Shown in pieces: positions 24,642 through 35,929 of a stretch of 55,198 nucleotides of DNA. The notes beneath the pieces are model-generated. The model searched no databases and was not told the DNA's origin. It saw only the letters and a list, made by a program, of their open reading frames with translations. Origin of the DNA: Octopus sinensis (Eukaryota); the NCBI RefSeq assembly GCF_006345805.1, contig NW_021833819.1, positions 1 to 55,198 on the forward strand, read 5' to 3'. The position numbers and the translations under genes are program-made. Each line of letters opens with the position of its first letter. Position 1 is the stretch's first letter.

Positions 24642-25212
24642 AATTGAGAAAATGTGGCATCTCAAGGCGGTTACAATACCAGTGATCGTAGGAGCACTGG
24701 GAATGATCAAGAAGGGAACCGAAAATTATATGAGAATGATCCCTGGCTTAAGATCCCTGCAAGAAGTGCAAAAGATTGTCTTAACTGGTACATCACACGT
24801 ATTGAGAAGAGCATTGTCGATGTGAGAACTATTACTACCCATGTATTTTAATTTAACTTTGTTTCTATCGAAAAAAAAAATGAACGAACTAGTGAGTTTA
24901 GTTTAATTGGCCTACCAATGTATACTATGAGTTTCTTTGCCCTAGGAGTCGGGAAGACACTCGGCAAGAAATGGAAGCAAATTTGAAAGAAGAAAAAAAA
25001 AACATAATAATAATAATAATAATAATAATAACATCGAAAAATACCTTAGGAATGAGAACCCGGGTTCGAAATTTCCCCAAGACACCTGATGAAGGCTGGA
25101 GGGTATATCAGCCGAAACGTTGTGTTAAATCAAACAAGATGAGGACAAATATCCGTCGAATGTAAATAATGTAAATAATGTACATAATTCCTCATCTCTT
25201 AAATATAGAACT
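24518..25212 (+). mobile_element. S4 SINE right copy (inverted relative to the left copy) with intact-looking minimal hammerhead, interrupted by a Dong fragment
   Basis: tRNA-like head at 24518-24590 (A and B boxes). HHR at 25081-25126: GACAC-CTGATGA-A-GGCTG-gagggtatat-CAGCC-GAAA-CG-TT-GTGTT. Confidence 0.8.
24640..25002 (+). mobile_element. 5'-truncated R4/Dong LINE inserted in the (AAT)n of the S4 SINE
   Basis: EIEKMWHLKAVTIPVIVGALGMIKKGTENYMRMIPGLRSLQEVQKIVLTGTSHVLRRALSM* plus 3' UTR, near-identical to the 3' end of 43187-44365. (AAT)n on both sides. Confidence 0.92.
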
Positions 25213-25612
25213 CCTTACTATCTTTAAACTTAGAACAGTATATTCAGACATGATATGTTCAGTGTATCAGACCAATCTATTTCAACAAATACTTTCCTAC
25301 TTTTAGTGATTGACTGTCTATCCATTTTATCACTAAACCTTTCAACAATTAAGGATCCCCCTCAATAGGTAATCAACGTTATTCTCTTCTAGATGAGACG
25401 GGCTTAAGGAATAGAGCACCTCTTTAGGCCACACTCACAGGAGTTGATCTCAATAATGCCAGTTATTGGAGCATGTGCGGTAATTTTTGTTTCCATATGA
25501 TGGTGCTTATTTACAGATATTATATCTGAACATAAAGTATAATATCTTGAACATAAGAGAGTAAGTATCTTTGTCACTGTACAACACTGGGCAATTAACA
25601 AGATTCGAAATA

Positions 25613-25991
25613 TGGAAGCACTCCGTCAGTTACGACGACGAGGGTTCCGGTTGATCCGAATCAACGGAACAGCCTGCTCGTGAAATTAGCGTGTAAGTGG
25701 CTGAGCACTCCACAGACACGTGCACCCTTAACGTAGTTCTCGGGGATATTCAGCGTGACACAGAGAGTGACAAGGCCGGCCCTTTGAAATACCGGTACAA
25801 CAGAAACAGGAAGTAAGAGAAAGTTGTGGTGAAAGAGTACAGCAGGGATCACCACCATCCCCTGCCGGAGCCTCGTGGAGCTTTAGGTGTTTTCGCTCAA
25901 TAAACACTCACAACGCCCGGTCTGGGAATCGAAACCGCGATCCTATGACCGCGAGTCCGCTGTCCTAAACACTGGGCCATTGCGCCTCCAC
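25613..25991 (-). mobile_element. tRNA-derived SINE S3, tail type b, with 16-bp target-site duplication
   Basis: TSD AACAAGATTCGAAATA at 25597-25612 and 25994-26009. The head is identical in type to that of 3216-3518. Confidence 0.92.
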
Positions 25992-26809
25992 AGAACAAGA
26001 TTCGAAATAACAAACTATCAGTTGTATACTTTGTATCAGCCCAACCGCTCAAATAACATTTTTTTAGAAAATTGGGAACTCCACATTTTTAGTCCAAAGC
26101 ATCTGGAGAAAAAATATTCTTTCCGTTCATTGGAAGCAGAAAGAAATTTTTCCCTCATGCGATTTTTAAAATATGGACCACATGTTTTCTGCTCTAAATC
26201 AAAAGAGAACACAAACACAGGAAGGTCGGAATGGCAACAGTTTGAAGTATCGGCTGAAAATTCCATACGACCAACTACCTCAAAGTTATAAGGATGCCTG
26301 CTCAAGCAAAACTAATGAGGTTTTCACCACGCAACAAAAATATGTTAACATATGGTGTCGATAACACCAACATACAGTAGTAATATACTGTCAGAGAGTT
26401 GGTCAGTATTGTCATCGCTGTGAATAGCAATATCACCAATGCCTTCACCTTCACCATTTACAGCAGCATCATAATCAGCTCGCTAATCATCACTATCGTC
26501 TTCATCATTGTCGTCGTCATCATCATCGTCATCATCATCATCGTCGTCATCATCATCGTCTTCGTTATTACCATCACGGTCACAGTAAAGTAATTTTTTA
26601 CACTACCGTCATTAAAATCCTTACAATACTATAACCAGTACCATTACAACCACACTTATTAACCTCTGCAGCGGCACCATTTTCCCTTCTACATTTCCTC
26701 TTTTACCTCTCATCTCCCTCATCTTTTTTCACACACTGTCGTATATTGCATGTCATCTGATTTGTCACACAGCACTAAAAACTATATCCGTAAGATTACA
26801 TATTAAAAT

Positions 26810-26960
26810 GTTCGAGTATATGGTTAGGGTGTTGAGGCTACGATCAAAAGGGCATCGATTCGATACCCGGAACAGTTGTTGCTTTGTATCCTTAAGCAAT
26901 GCACTTGATATTAAGTCCATTCAGCTGAAAATGTGTAGTAGCCGAGTGGTGGTGCAGTCC
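26810..26960 (+). mobile_element. Old tRNA/CORE-like SINE remnant
   Basis: ..ATGGTTAGGGTG..GATTCGATACCCGG..TGTATCCTTAAGCAATGCACTT..AGTCCATTCAGCTG. A related head is at 18405-18470. Confidence 0.5.
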
Positions 26961-27255
26961 TTTTTGCCTTTGGCGATCACATTTTCGATGATCTGCAAAA
27001 GTAAAGCAAGGTGGGTTCAAAGAGCATATACGTCTGCTTACGACAATTAGCAAAAGCACAGCACATGCTACTAATCTCTAGAATTAAGAATTTTCACAAA
27101 ATTATATGCTGTTACTAAAATAACTGTGTAGTAATCTGGAGAACTAAGGACAACAACGGAGTCTTGCTTCTGCTTCATACTTACGCATCATCACGCGCAT
27201 ACAGTATCTGATCGGAAGCGTTGCTGAGTCTCTAGTAAATTCCTATTGCAATCAT

Positions 27256-27270
27256 GTTAGTTAGTTAGTC

Positions 27271-27303
<33 letters not shown>

Positions 27304-27755
27304 ATTTGGCTCAAAAGCAAATAGCAAGGCCATGTAGGGGGACATGGAGTTAAGTACAGGGTGGTGTTCATGTAAAGAGTTCAGGCCACTTGAGGTCAAG
27401 GGAGGCTTTGAACAAAGCGGTCGTCGGCATCTTCACCATTTCGTCTGGCAGCTTGTTCCACGGATCCGCAACCCGGACGGAGAAAGCTCCTCTCCTTCGA
27501 TTGAGATGAAATCGTCGCAGGTAGAGCTTTTCGGAATGACCCCGCAGCCGACGCTCTGGTGCAGGAGTGAAGAACAGCTCTTTCGAGAGGTTACACTTTC
27601 CGCTTATGATGTGGGCGAGAATGAGATCACCACGGCGGCGGCGTTTTTCAAGAGAATAAAGGTCGAGCGTCCTCAGCCTTTCTTCATAGGACAAATTTTT
27701 GAGACCATGAACCATGCGGGTAGCCAGCTTCTGGACTCTTTCGAGATGCTGTAAT
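27256..27755 (-). mobile_element. CR1 LINE 3' fragment with (TAAC)n tail
   Basis: GLKNLSYEERLRTLDLYSLEKRRRRGDLI..RLRGHSEKL..AFSVRVADPWNKLP..FKASLD, the canonical CR1 RT C-terminus. Confidence 0.92.
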
Positions 27756-28159
27756 CCTAATTCGATCTGTCAGATTTTCGGTCAGTATCTGTCATAGCAA
27801 GAGGTTAACTTTGGTCTTGTAAGTGAAAATGGGTTCGTGGGAACGGTGTAGGAGCTCGTCGCATAGACTGTACTTCTAATTCTAAGGTCTAGCATTGTCA
27901 CACGCAGTGTCATGCAGTTTCTGCTTGAGGACTGCATTAAACGCAGAATTGTCTGCGGAATATTCAGTCACTTACTCATTAATTCGAAAAGTAGAAAGTT
28001 TCAGTTAAACGGAAACCAAATACTCAAAGATAGCACCGACACATTATTCACTTATAGATTATATATCTACAAACACACACGCAGATACACACACATACAC
28101 ACACACTCACACACGATCTCACACACACAGATGAGTGTAGACGTATGTAAACGTATCCC

Positions 28160-28543
28160 TTTTTCTCTTTTACTTGTTTCAGTCATTTGACCGCGGCCAT
28201 GCCGGAGCACCGCTCTTTATCGAACGAATCGACCCCAGGACATATTCTTTGTAAGCCTAGTACTTATTCTATCGGTTTCGTTTGCCGGACCGCTAAGTTA
28301 CAGGGACGCAAACACATCAGCATCAGTTGTCAAGCGATGTTGGGGGGTGACAAACACAGACACACATACATATATATAAACATATATACGACAGGCTTCT
28401 TTCAGTTTCCGTCTACTAAATCCACTCACAAGGCTTTCGTCGACCCGAGGCTATAGTAGAAGACACTTGCCCAAGGTGCCGCGCAGTGGGACTGAACCCG
28501 GAACTATGTGTTCGGAAGCAAGCTACTTACCACACAGCCACTC
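28160..28543 (-). mobile_element. Full-length S2 SINE
   Basis: All modules present. The 3' stem-loop is CGGTC-AAAT-GACTG. Confidence 0.9.
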
Positions 28544-28566
28544 ATATATATATAATATATATATAT

Positions 28567-28632
<66 letters not shown>

Positions 28633-29211
28633 CATATACATATATATATATATATGTATGTATATATGTTATGTATGCATGTATTTATATATGTATGTAT
28701 GTGTGGAGGTGTGCAGATGTATGCTTGAGTGTCTATACTCGTTTACACAACGTCACGTCGCTTCAACGTAAGGGAACGTTCGCGTGCACGCGCACTTGTG
28801 TCTATGCGTACGCAACAGATAGCATAAAACAGCTTAGTGATGTCACTGTAACAAAACTCAAGAGACTTATGTCACGCTTCCTGCTCCCCACATATAAAAT
28901 CCTACAGTATATGTTTTTAGATGAGCACCACTTAGGGGGGATTGGCTCTGGTTTTGACATTCCTGCTTTGTAGTGTTCTGTGCCTGGCGACAAACACTTG
29001 TTCGTTTACTATCCTGCGAATATTTAACTATATAAGGATATAAGGATCCTTTGACGTTTTATCTGTGAATACATACACATGCGAATATGCCTACATATAT
29101 GCCTGTGTGAGTGTATGTGTGTTTGTTCGTTTGTGTGCGCGCGCGTGTGTGTGTAGAAACAGACGAATAGATAGATAGATAGACATAGGCTCACACACAC
29201 GTGTATATATG

Positions 29212-29244
<33 letters not shown>

Positions 29245-29593
29245 GTTAATAAAATAGAACATATGCATATATATAAACATATATGTACGTACCTACCTCT
29301 ACATGTACATATACACGCATATATGTGTACAGGACACCAAAAAGACGTCGAACACATAGAGAGACGAAAAACATAGACACAAACCAGGAACAAGACAAGC
29401 AAAAAAGAGATACAGGACAATAAGCACAACGAAAAATCCCCTCTTCAGTCGCTAAGGTTTCATCTACTAAACGTTTCATGTACATATATATATACATATC
29501 TTTGTACATACATATATATATATAAACATGCATATATACATATATATACGTTTTAAATATATAGATATATATATATATTCATATATTTATCTG

Positions 29594-29630
<37 letters not shown>

Positions 29631-30029
29631 GTATGTATGTATATCTGTATTTATATATACGTATTTATATATATATATATTATATATATATATATACATA
29701 TATATATACACATATATATATATAAAATGAGTATATTATGCCTATATGTATATATATATATATATATATACATATACACACCACACTTAGGAGGGGAGAG
29801 GCACCAAATTATAGTTCTTTAAACTGCTATCGGTATTTCCTTAGTCTGAAAAACTATTCTAATAGTTTGCTCGGTGTTATTGTTGTTGTTCCACTTGTTA
29901 TTGCTGTTATTGTTTTCCTTCCGTTAATAGATACCACATGTATATGTTCCTTGTGAGTGTGCGTGCGCGTGTATACATGCATTCATACATACATACATAT
30001 ATACATACATGCATGCTTACATACGTATC

Positions 30030-30069
<40 letters not shown>

Positions 30070-30334
30070 AACACGCGCATGCATATATATATACTATATA
30101 ATAATATGTATATATATATATATATATGTACGTGTGTGTATATATATATATTATATATATATATATATACATACACACTCACACATATACGTGTATCTGT
30201 ATGTGTGTGTGTGTGTGTGCGTGTTTGTGCGTGTGAATGTGTATTTGTGTGTATGTCTGTGTGTTTGGGGGAGAGAGAGAGTGTGTCACAGATCAACCTT
30301 AACGTAATCTCTAGCTATCACCTAACTCAATTAA

Positions 30335-31300
30335 GGCTGACAAAGGGACACTAATAACAAACTAGAACTTTAACCATAAAACCAAAAATTTCATTAACGA
30401 GAATAGGAACAGTTAAAATTAAGGCCAAACATTGGAAGAACCCTGCCACAATAAGAATTGCAGTCAAGGATAGCATTGATATACTTCAGAGATAACAAAA
30501 CAGACAAAAAGAGGAACATACAACACGATAAACGTTCAACTACCTAAACACTACAATAATAACAAAAATGATCTAAATAGCAACATTCCCTCCCCGGCTG
30601 CTCTAATGGAAATCATGATGGTTTCGGCACGATATATTCGTATATGTACATGTATATAAAGCTATATATATATATATATATATATATACATAGCTTTATA
30701 TATATATATATATATTTACCTAAAACTCCATTCTATTATTCTATTTATTCATTTATCTACTTTATCACTGATTCTTTTGACCACTCCCCTAAGAAGGACA
30801 GTTTGTGCCCTGCCTACCCCAAAAAAGTCCCCCACCACCACCCCATAAAATCTGCCTAAATGTATAAATGCCAAAACTATTCTTGACACCAAGCTTCCTG
30901 ATGATTTCATTTGAATGAAACAGTTCTAGTCCTGTAGAAGCTCCTTCTATAAAATAAATATATATATATATATACATATATATAGCCGTGATTTAAAAAA
31001 AGATGTCAGGTTTTTTTTAATAATAAATTTTTCTATAAATCACATAACCCTAGTAAAAGTACCTGGCTGATTGTTCCATACGGAAAACGATTAAAAGTTA
31101 CCTTCCCTACCTATTTCATCAACCTGTGGAATGGATCTTACCCAAAAATTCCAGGTACCATTCCATTTTCAACATCTGCCGTTTCAGTATTGGCTTTTCC
31201 AACACCAATAACGTCCTACAGATAGTATCCTCGCATAACGACTATATTCCTAAAAGTAAAAGGGTTTCGTTTAATAAATGTTCATCTGGTATATTGATTT
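30335..31300 (+). pseudogene. Very old Penelope-like RT remnant, broken by microsatellites
   Basis: IKADKG motif at about 30343, and a segment resembling the RT-to-GIY-YIG linker (FNICRFSIGFSNTNNVLQIVSSHNDYIPK) at about 31160-31255. Otherwise decayed. Confidence 0.4.
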
Positions 31301-31550
31301 TTGTTCATTCGTTATAATCTTGAATTATGCTCGCACTGACGATTAAAAAGTGCATTTCTGCACTAATTATGAAATGATATGATTTGCAGCTGAATTCTGT
31401 TTTCAAAAGGCTCGCTTCGAGAGTTGCATTCCCTCGCATTCGATACGATGTGTTTATTTATTTCGGTAGTTTTGACTTTAAGAGTCCCTTCTAGCATGTG
31501 GCATTTATGTATAATAATGCCCTCTATAATATATATATATATATATATAT

Positions 31551-31747
31551 GTCACCATGATAGATCGTTAGCCACTACACACATTTTTTTCTCTCCTTGT
31601 TTTTTTCTGTGTCCCTTTCTGTAGATGAGCGTAGGCTCGAAAGGTAAAAGACTTTTTCTATTCCTGAGCGTTATACTAATACATCTGTTTGTTTTGTACA
31701 CCACCTGTCTTCGTCTTTTTTTTTTTTTTTGTCAACTCTCCCTTTCT

Positions 31748-31748
<1 letters not shown>
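31551..31748 (+). mobile_element. P2-related PLE terminus with degenerate hammerhead (31615-31650)
   Basis: CTTT-CTGTAGA-T-GAGC-GTAG-GCTC-GAAA-GG-TA-AAAG. Confidence 0.7.
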
Positions 31749-31826
<78 letters not shown>

Positions 31827-31999
31827 GTTTATGCAGTGAAATTGTTTTGAATTTGGCGCCAAACTATTTAAAATGTAACGGACTACGAGGCGAGATGGAT
31901 TTTTCAATTTAGGTACAACAAGACATGCCGAGGAGAATTGAGGCACTTGTCGGAATTCGAAATCCTGACCCTGGTACTTCTGTTCCCTCATTCTACGGC

Positions 32000-33190
32000 G
32001 TTTTAACTGAGACAGTATGTTAAATTCCGCTCGTTTGCCCGATTCCTGTTGATCCGTTGCATATTTTCAGTGAGATTAGTGATTAAGTTGGGGGGGGGGA
32101 GGAGGTTACGTTCACTTTCTACTAATCTTGTTCTTCGTAGACCCTCTAATATAATTATGGCGTCTGCAGGGTGAAAGCTTCGAGGCAGGAACATAGGAGA
32201 TGAACATAAGAGATGTGTCGTACACATTCGCTTGCTTTCTCCCAACAAGCTTAGATTTGGTGGCTTGGGCCAGCCAGATTTGAACGGTCTCAAGTGTAAC
32301 TGCCCGAAACTGTAAGGATAATTTGGTAACTTGACTGATGAGAGGAGGCTGTGAATAACCCGTACTTGTTTTTCCTGTAGTCTTCGCATCGTCTCTCTGT
32401 CCGGATGTTTTATTGTCATCTGTTGCATTCTTGTTCCATTTTTTTTATGTATATATATACATATAGCGGCGTACGTATGCTTTTGCTCACCTTGTAAGTA
32501 AGTATGTATTTAAATTTTGTACGACCCTTTTACTCTTTCATTTAGTCCCCCTCATACTTTCTTTCTTTCCTCTTTTCTTTTTCTCGCTGCCCCTCTCTCA
32601 CATTTCATGGCCTTTTTTTTCTTTAATTCCTACTTTTCCTTCTCGTTTATCTCCCTTGTACCTTTCTCTATGTCCCTTTGATTTCCTCTCTTTCCGTTCT
32701 TCCCTAATCCTTCAATCCCTGTGTCCCCTACCTCTCTCTTTTCCTTCCACGTGACCGGTGTTCGGCCAGGCATGATCTTTTATTCTTTGCTCGACTGCCG
32801 ATCGCGAAGCATCTCTAATATTCCTGTCTCTTGACTTTCATCTCCTAAGGCTTTCACTCTACACACGCCAGCTCAACTTGATTCGTCTTTATTAGTCGAA
32901 AGGCGCCTTTTGTTATTTTCTTGTTGCTTGTATTTGTAATTGTGTAATTGCTCTCCGTTTTCTGTCGTTGTTTTCGTACACATTCGCTTACTTTCTCCCA
33001 AAATGCTTAGATTTTGGGGGAAGCAGCCAGATTTAAGCAGCCTCAAGTGTAATTGTTCGTAACTGTAAGGATAATTTGGTGACTTGACTGATGAGATGAG
33101 GCTGCAAATGACCCGTCCTTGATGTTTCCTATTCGTCTCCACATTGTCTATTTGTTCGGATTTTTATTGCTGTCTGTTGCGTTCTTGTTC
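32000..33190. repeat. Two further diverged copies of repeat family X (32190-32430 and 32870-33190)
   Basis: About 240-bp homologous blocks separated by a pyrimidine-rich spacer. The minus-strand frame SSVKxPNYPYSxxQLHLRxxKSG is retained in both. Confidence 0.65.
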
Positions 33191-33963
33191 CTCCTTTGGA
33201 GGAACCCTATTTTAGCCGCTGATATTCGCGATCGTAATTTTGCGACCATTACCTAACATTCGTCACCATGAGTGCAGATAGATACGAAAGCCGAACTGAA
33301 GTATTTTTGTTTTGTTTTGTTTTTTGTTTTTTTCCCAACCTCTTTTTTTCTGAGGATCGAATATCCTGTCCAAGTGGGGAGTTTATGCGCCATAAAACCG
33401 GGAAACTCGTCATTATAAGTCGACATGACTCGAGAAGGTAACGTCACTTTTTTCTTACCTACTTCCATTACTCGTGAATACGGCTCCAAGATACTCCGCT
33501 TCTCCTAGTGCACTCTGCGACGTTCCACTAACATGCAGCGTGCACTAGGAAAACATTTTTATGAGAAACAATGTCTCAGTCTTCCCTACCTCAACTCTCA
33601 TCCTCGGCAGCAAGCCCATTCAGTGCATGCTGGAGATCATCTGATAAGTCAAGTAGCACCATGTCGTTTTCAAATGTGAGCCAATCAAACATACACCCAC
33701 CGTTTGCGATACCACTTCCACAACGGCTATGAATGTCATTTCAGTTCATAAGTATGTGTGTGTATCGTAAATGTATATATACATACAAGTACACACGCTC
33801 ACACACGGACATACACACACACACACACATATATGAATATATACACACACACTATACTATACATGCGTTTATTGTATATATATAGAAACATTTATATACA
33901 TGATTTTAATATTTATATATATATATATATATATAATATCTATATATATACTTATAAATAATA

Positions 33964-34185
33964 GCCAAATATGCCGAAATAAGACACATTGTCCATAACC
34001 ATATATTTCTTTTGCCGCATTTATCACTGACGAAGGGAGGGTTCTTATGAACTAACACTGAAATCGGTCCGATATGGTAATAACGGAATCTTTTAGAAAT
34101 TTCTGTCGACCTTTTTCGAGTAGCGTGCTTATTGTGTTAAATTATATGGTTATGGAGAATGTGTCTTTTTTCGGCATATTTGGCA
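33964..34185. mobile_element. 40-bp inverted repeats flanking a decayed hammerhead (34021-34075, +)
   Basis: GCCAAATATGCCGAAATAAGACACATTGTCCATAACCATA versus the reverse complement of 34146-34185. Inside: TATCA-CTGACGA-AGG..GTTC-TTAT-GAAC..CT-GAAA-TCGG-TC-CGATA. Confidence 0.6.
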
Positions 34186-34292
34186 TTAGAAATTTTTTCG
34201 TTTGCCCTTATTTATAAGTTGTTTATGAATTTAACCTTTAGGGGTAATTTTTTCGAAAAAATTCTATCCTACATTAGATGTAAATTTTAATA

Positions 34293-34545
34293 TATATAAG
34301 TTCGGCAAAATTTAGATTCAGATGAATATGGTACTTAAGTTAAAGGCACCAGAATCTTGTATGGTATTATCCATATAAATCAAATGGGGTGATTATAATC
34401 AAAATAAGCAACAAGGATATCCAAGGTAGAGTAGTACAATTGTTTCATGCTACTTCATTTTATTAAACACTGTAAGTATTACATCAGTTTTAAAACGTCG
34501 AGCATTCTTCGGCCACTTATAGAATTTTCCAATTAAACGGAAAAT
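34293..34545 (-). mobile_element. Second P3 PLE terminus with hammerhead at 34431-34516
   Basis: GTGG-CCGAAGA-ATGCT..AGCAT-GAAA-CAATTG-TA-CTAC. Flank homologous to 18722-18930. Confidence 0.8.
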
Positions 34546-35410
34546 GAAATATCCTTATTTCATTTGCCAACATTATAAAGAGGGGAGATATATAGACAGA
34601 GAGGTTGGTTTTATTCTTAAGAACATGATAGTAGTATGTTCACTCTCCGTCTGTAGATTTTATCATTGAGTTTACTTTGTTATTTAGATCTATCAGTGGG
34701 AGGGGGTTTTATTCAACCACTGGATATGCAGAATCTACAGATGAGTACGTATATATATATATATATATGAGTGTGTGTGTGTGTGTGTGTATGCATAGAC
34801 ACAAATATATATGTATGCATGTATGTATGTTAGTATGCAGGCCTGTTCAGGCTCACTGATACACAAATGGTTTATTTGTCGAATGGATAAACATTGTGTG
34901 AGTAATTACAGACATTCTAGGTGTTAATATGATACATATTAGATAACGTAGTCCTCATATTTACAAAATAGGAAGAAGCTATGAGTTTATGCTGCTTAAC
35001 TGTATATGGTTTCAGCTTTTTCCTCGAAGCACTCGACAGCATTCACGCACACACAAACATACACGTATGTGTATATATGTGTATATTTGTGTATATATGT
35101 ATATGTATGCGTGTGGATATGTCTGTTAATATGTGTGTAGCTGAGTGTATACGTGTGTAATACAATTTTTTTCCCCTTTAATAGAAATAGAGCGTAAACC
35201 AAGCATTTACTAGAGAGCCCAACCAGCACAAAACACAGCTTCTAGAAATAAATAAATAAATAAATAAAAATAAATGGATAAATAGATAACATAAAATAAA
35301 TAAAATACTAAGGGAAAGAAAAATGTATCCCATGTCGCAAGTTATGAAAATTCCTTACGAGTCAAACAGTACTCTAACATGGTGCCCATGGCTTGCTTGT
35401 AACAACTACC

Positions 35411-35820
35411 TATTTCTTTACTACCCACAAGGGGCTAAACGCAGAGGGGACAAACGAGGACAGACAAACGGATTAAGTCGATTATATCGACCCCAGTGCG
35501 TAACTGGTACTTATTTAATCGACCCCGAAAGGATGAAAGGCAAAGTCGACCTCGGCGGAATTTGAACTCAGAACGTAACGGCAGACGAAATACCCATTTC
35601 TTTATTACCCACAAGGAGCTAAACACAGAGGGGACAAACAAGGACAGACATAGGTATTAAGTCGATTACATCGACCCCAGTGCGTAACTGGTACTCAATT
35701 TATCGACCCCGAAAGGATGAAAGGTAAAGTCGACCTCGGCGGACTTTGAACTCAGAACGTAACGGCAGACGAAATACCGCAAAGCATTTCGCCCGGCGTG
35801 CTAACGTTACTGCCAGCTCT
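35411..35820 (-). mobile_element. S1 SINE dimer
   Basis: A full unit plus a 5'-truncated unit, joined at AAAGAAATG|GGTATTTCGTC. Confidence 0.9.
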
Positions 35821-35929
35821 GTCACACTAACGTCTAAAGAAATGGAAAGAAACACACAGGATAATGTAGTACTAGGTACACTGTGTCTGAAATAAAAAGA
35901 AGGTAGTTCATGGTTGGAACGTATTTGAT

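Noticed and set aside
25393-25560. Exon candidates: plus DETGLRNRAPL* after TCTCTTCTAG, plus 44-nt exon ending GTAAGT, and minus 87-nt DIISVNKHHHMETK.. ending GTGAGT
   Set aside because: They overlap on opposite strands and are mutually incompatible, and no homolog is recognised. Splice-like motifs are frequent by chance in AT-rich DNA.
26390-26600. Acidic poly-Asp reading frame on the minus strand
   Set aside because: Degenerate (GAT)n tract with an in-frame stop and no convincing splice sites.
29430-29480. CTGAAGA-GGGGATTTTTC hammerhead-like start (similar weak cases at about 1608, 15160, 32335, 33085 and 40445)
   Set aside because: No complete stem II-GAAA-stem III-NUH geometry. At most these are decayed relics.
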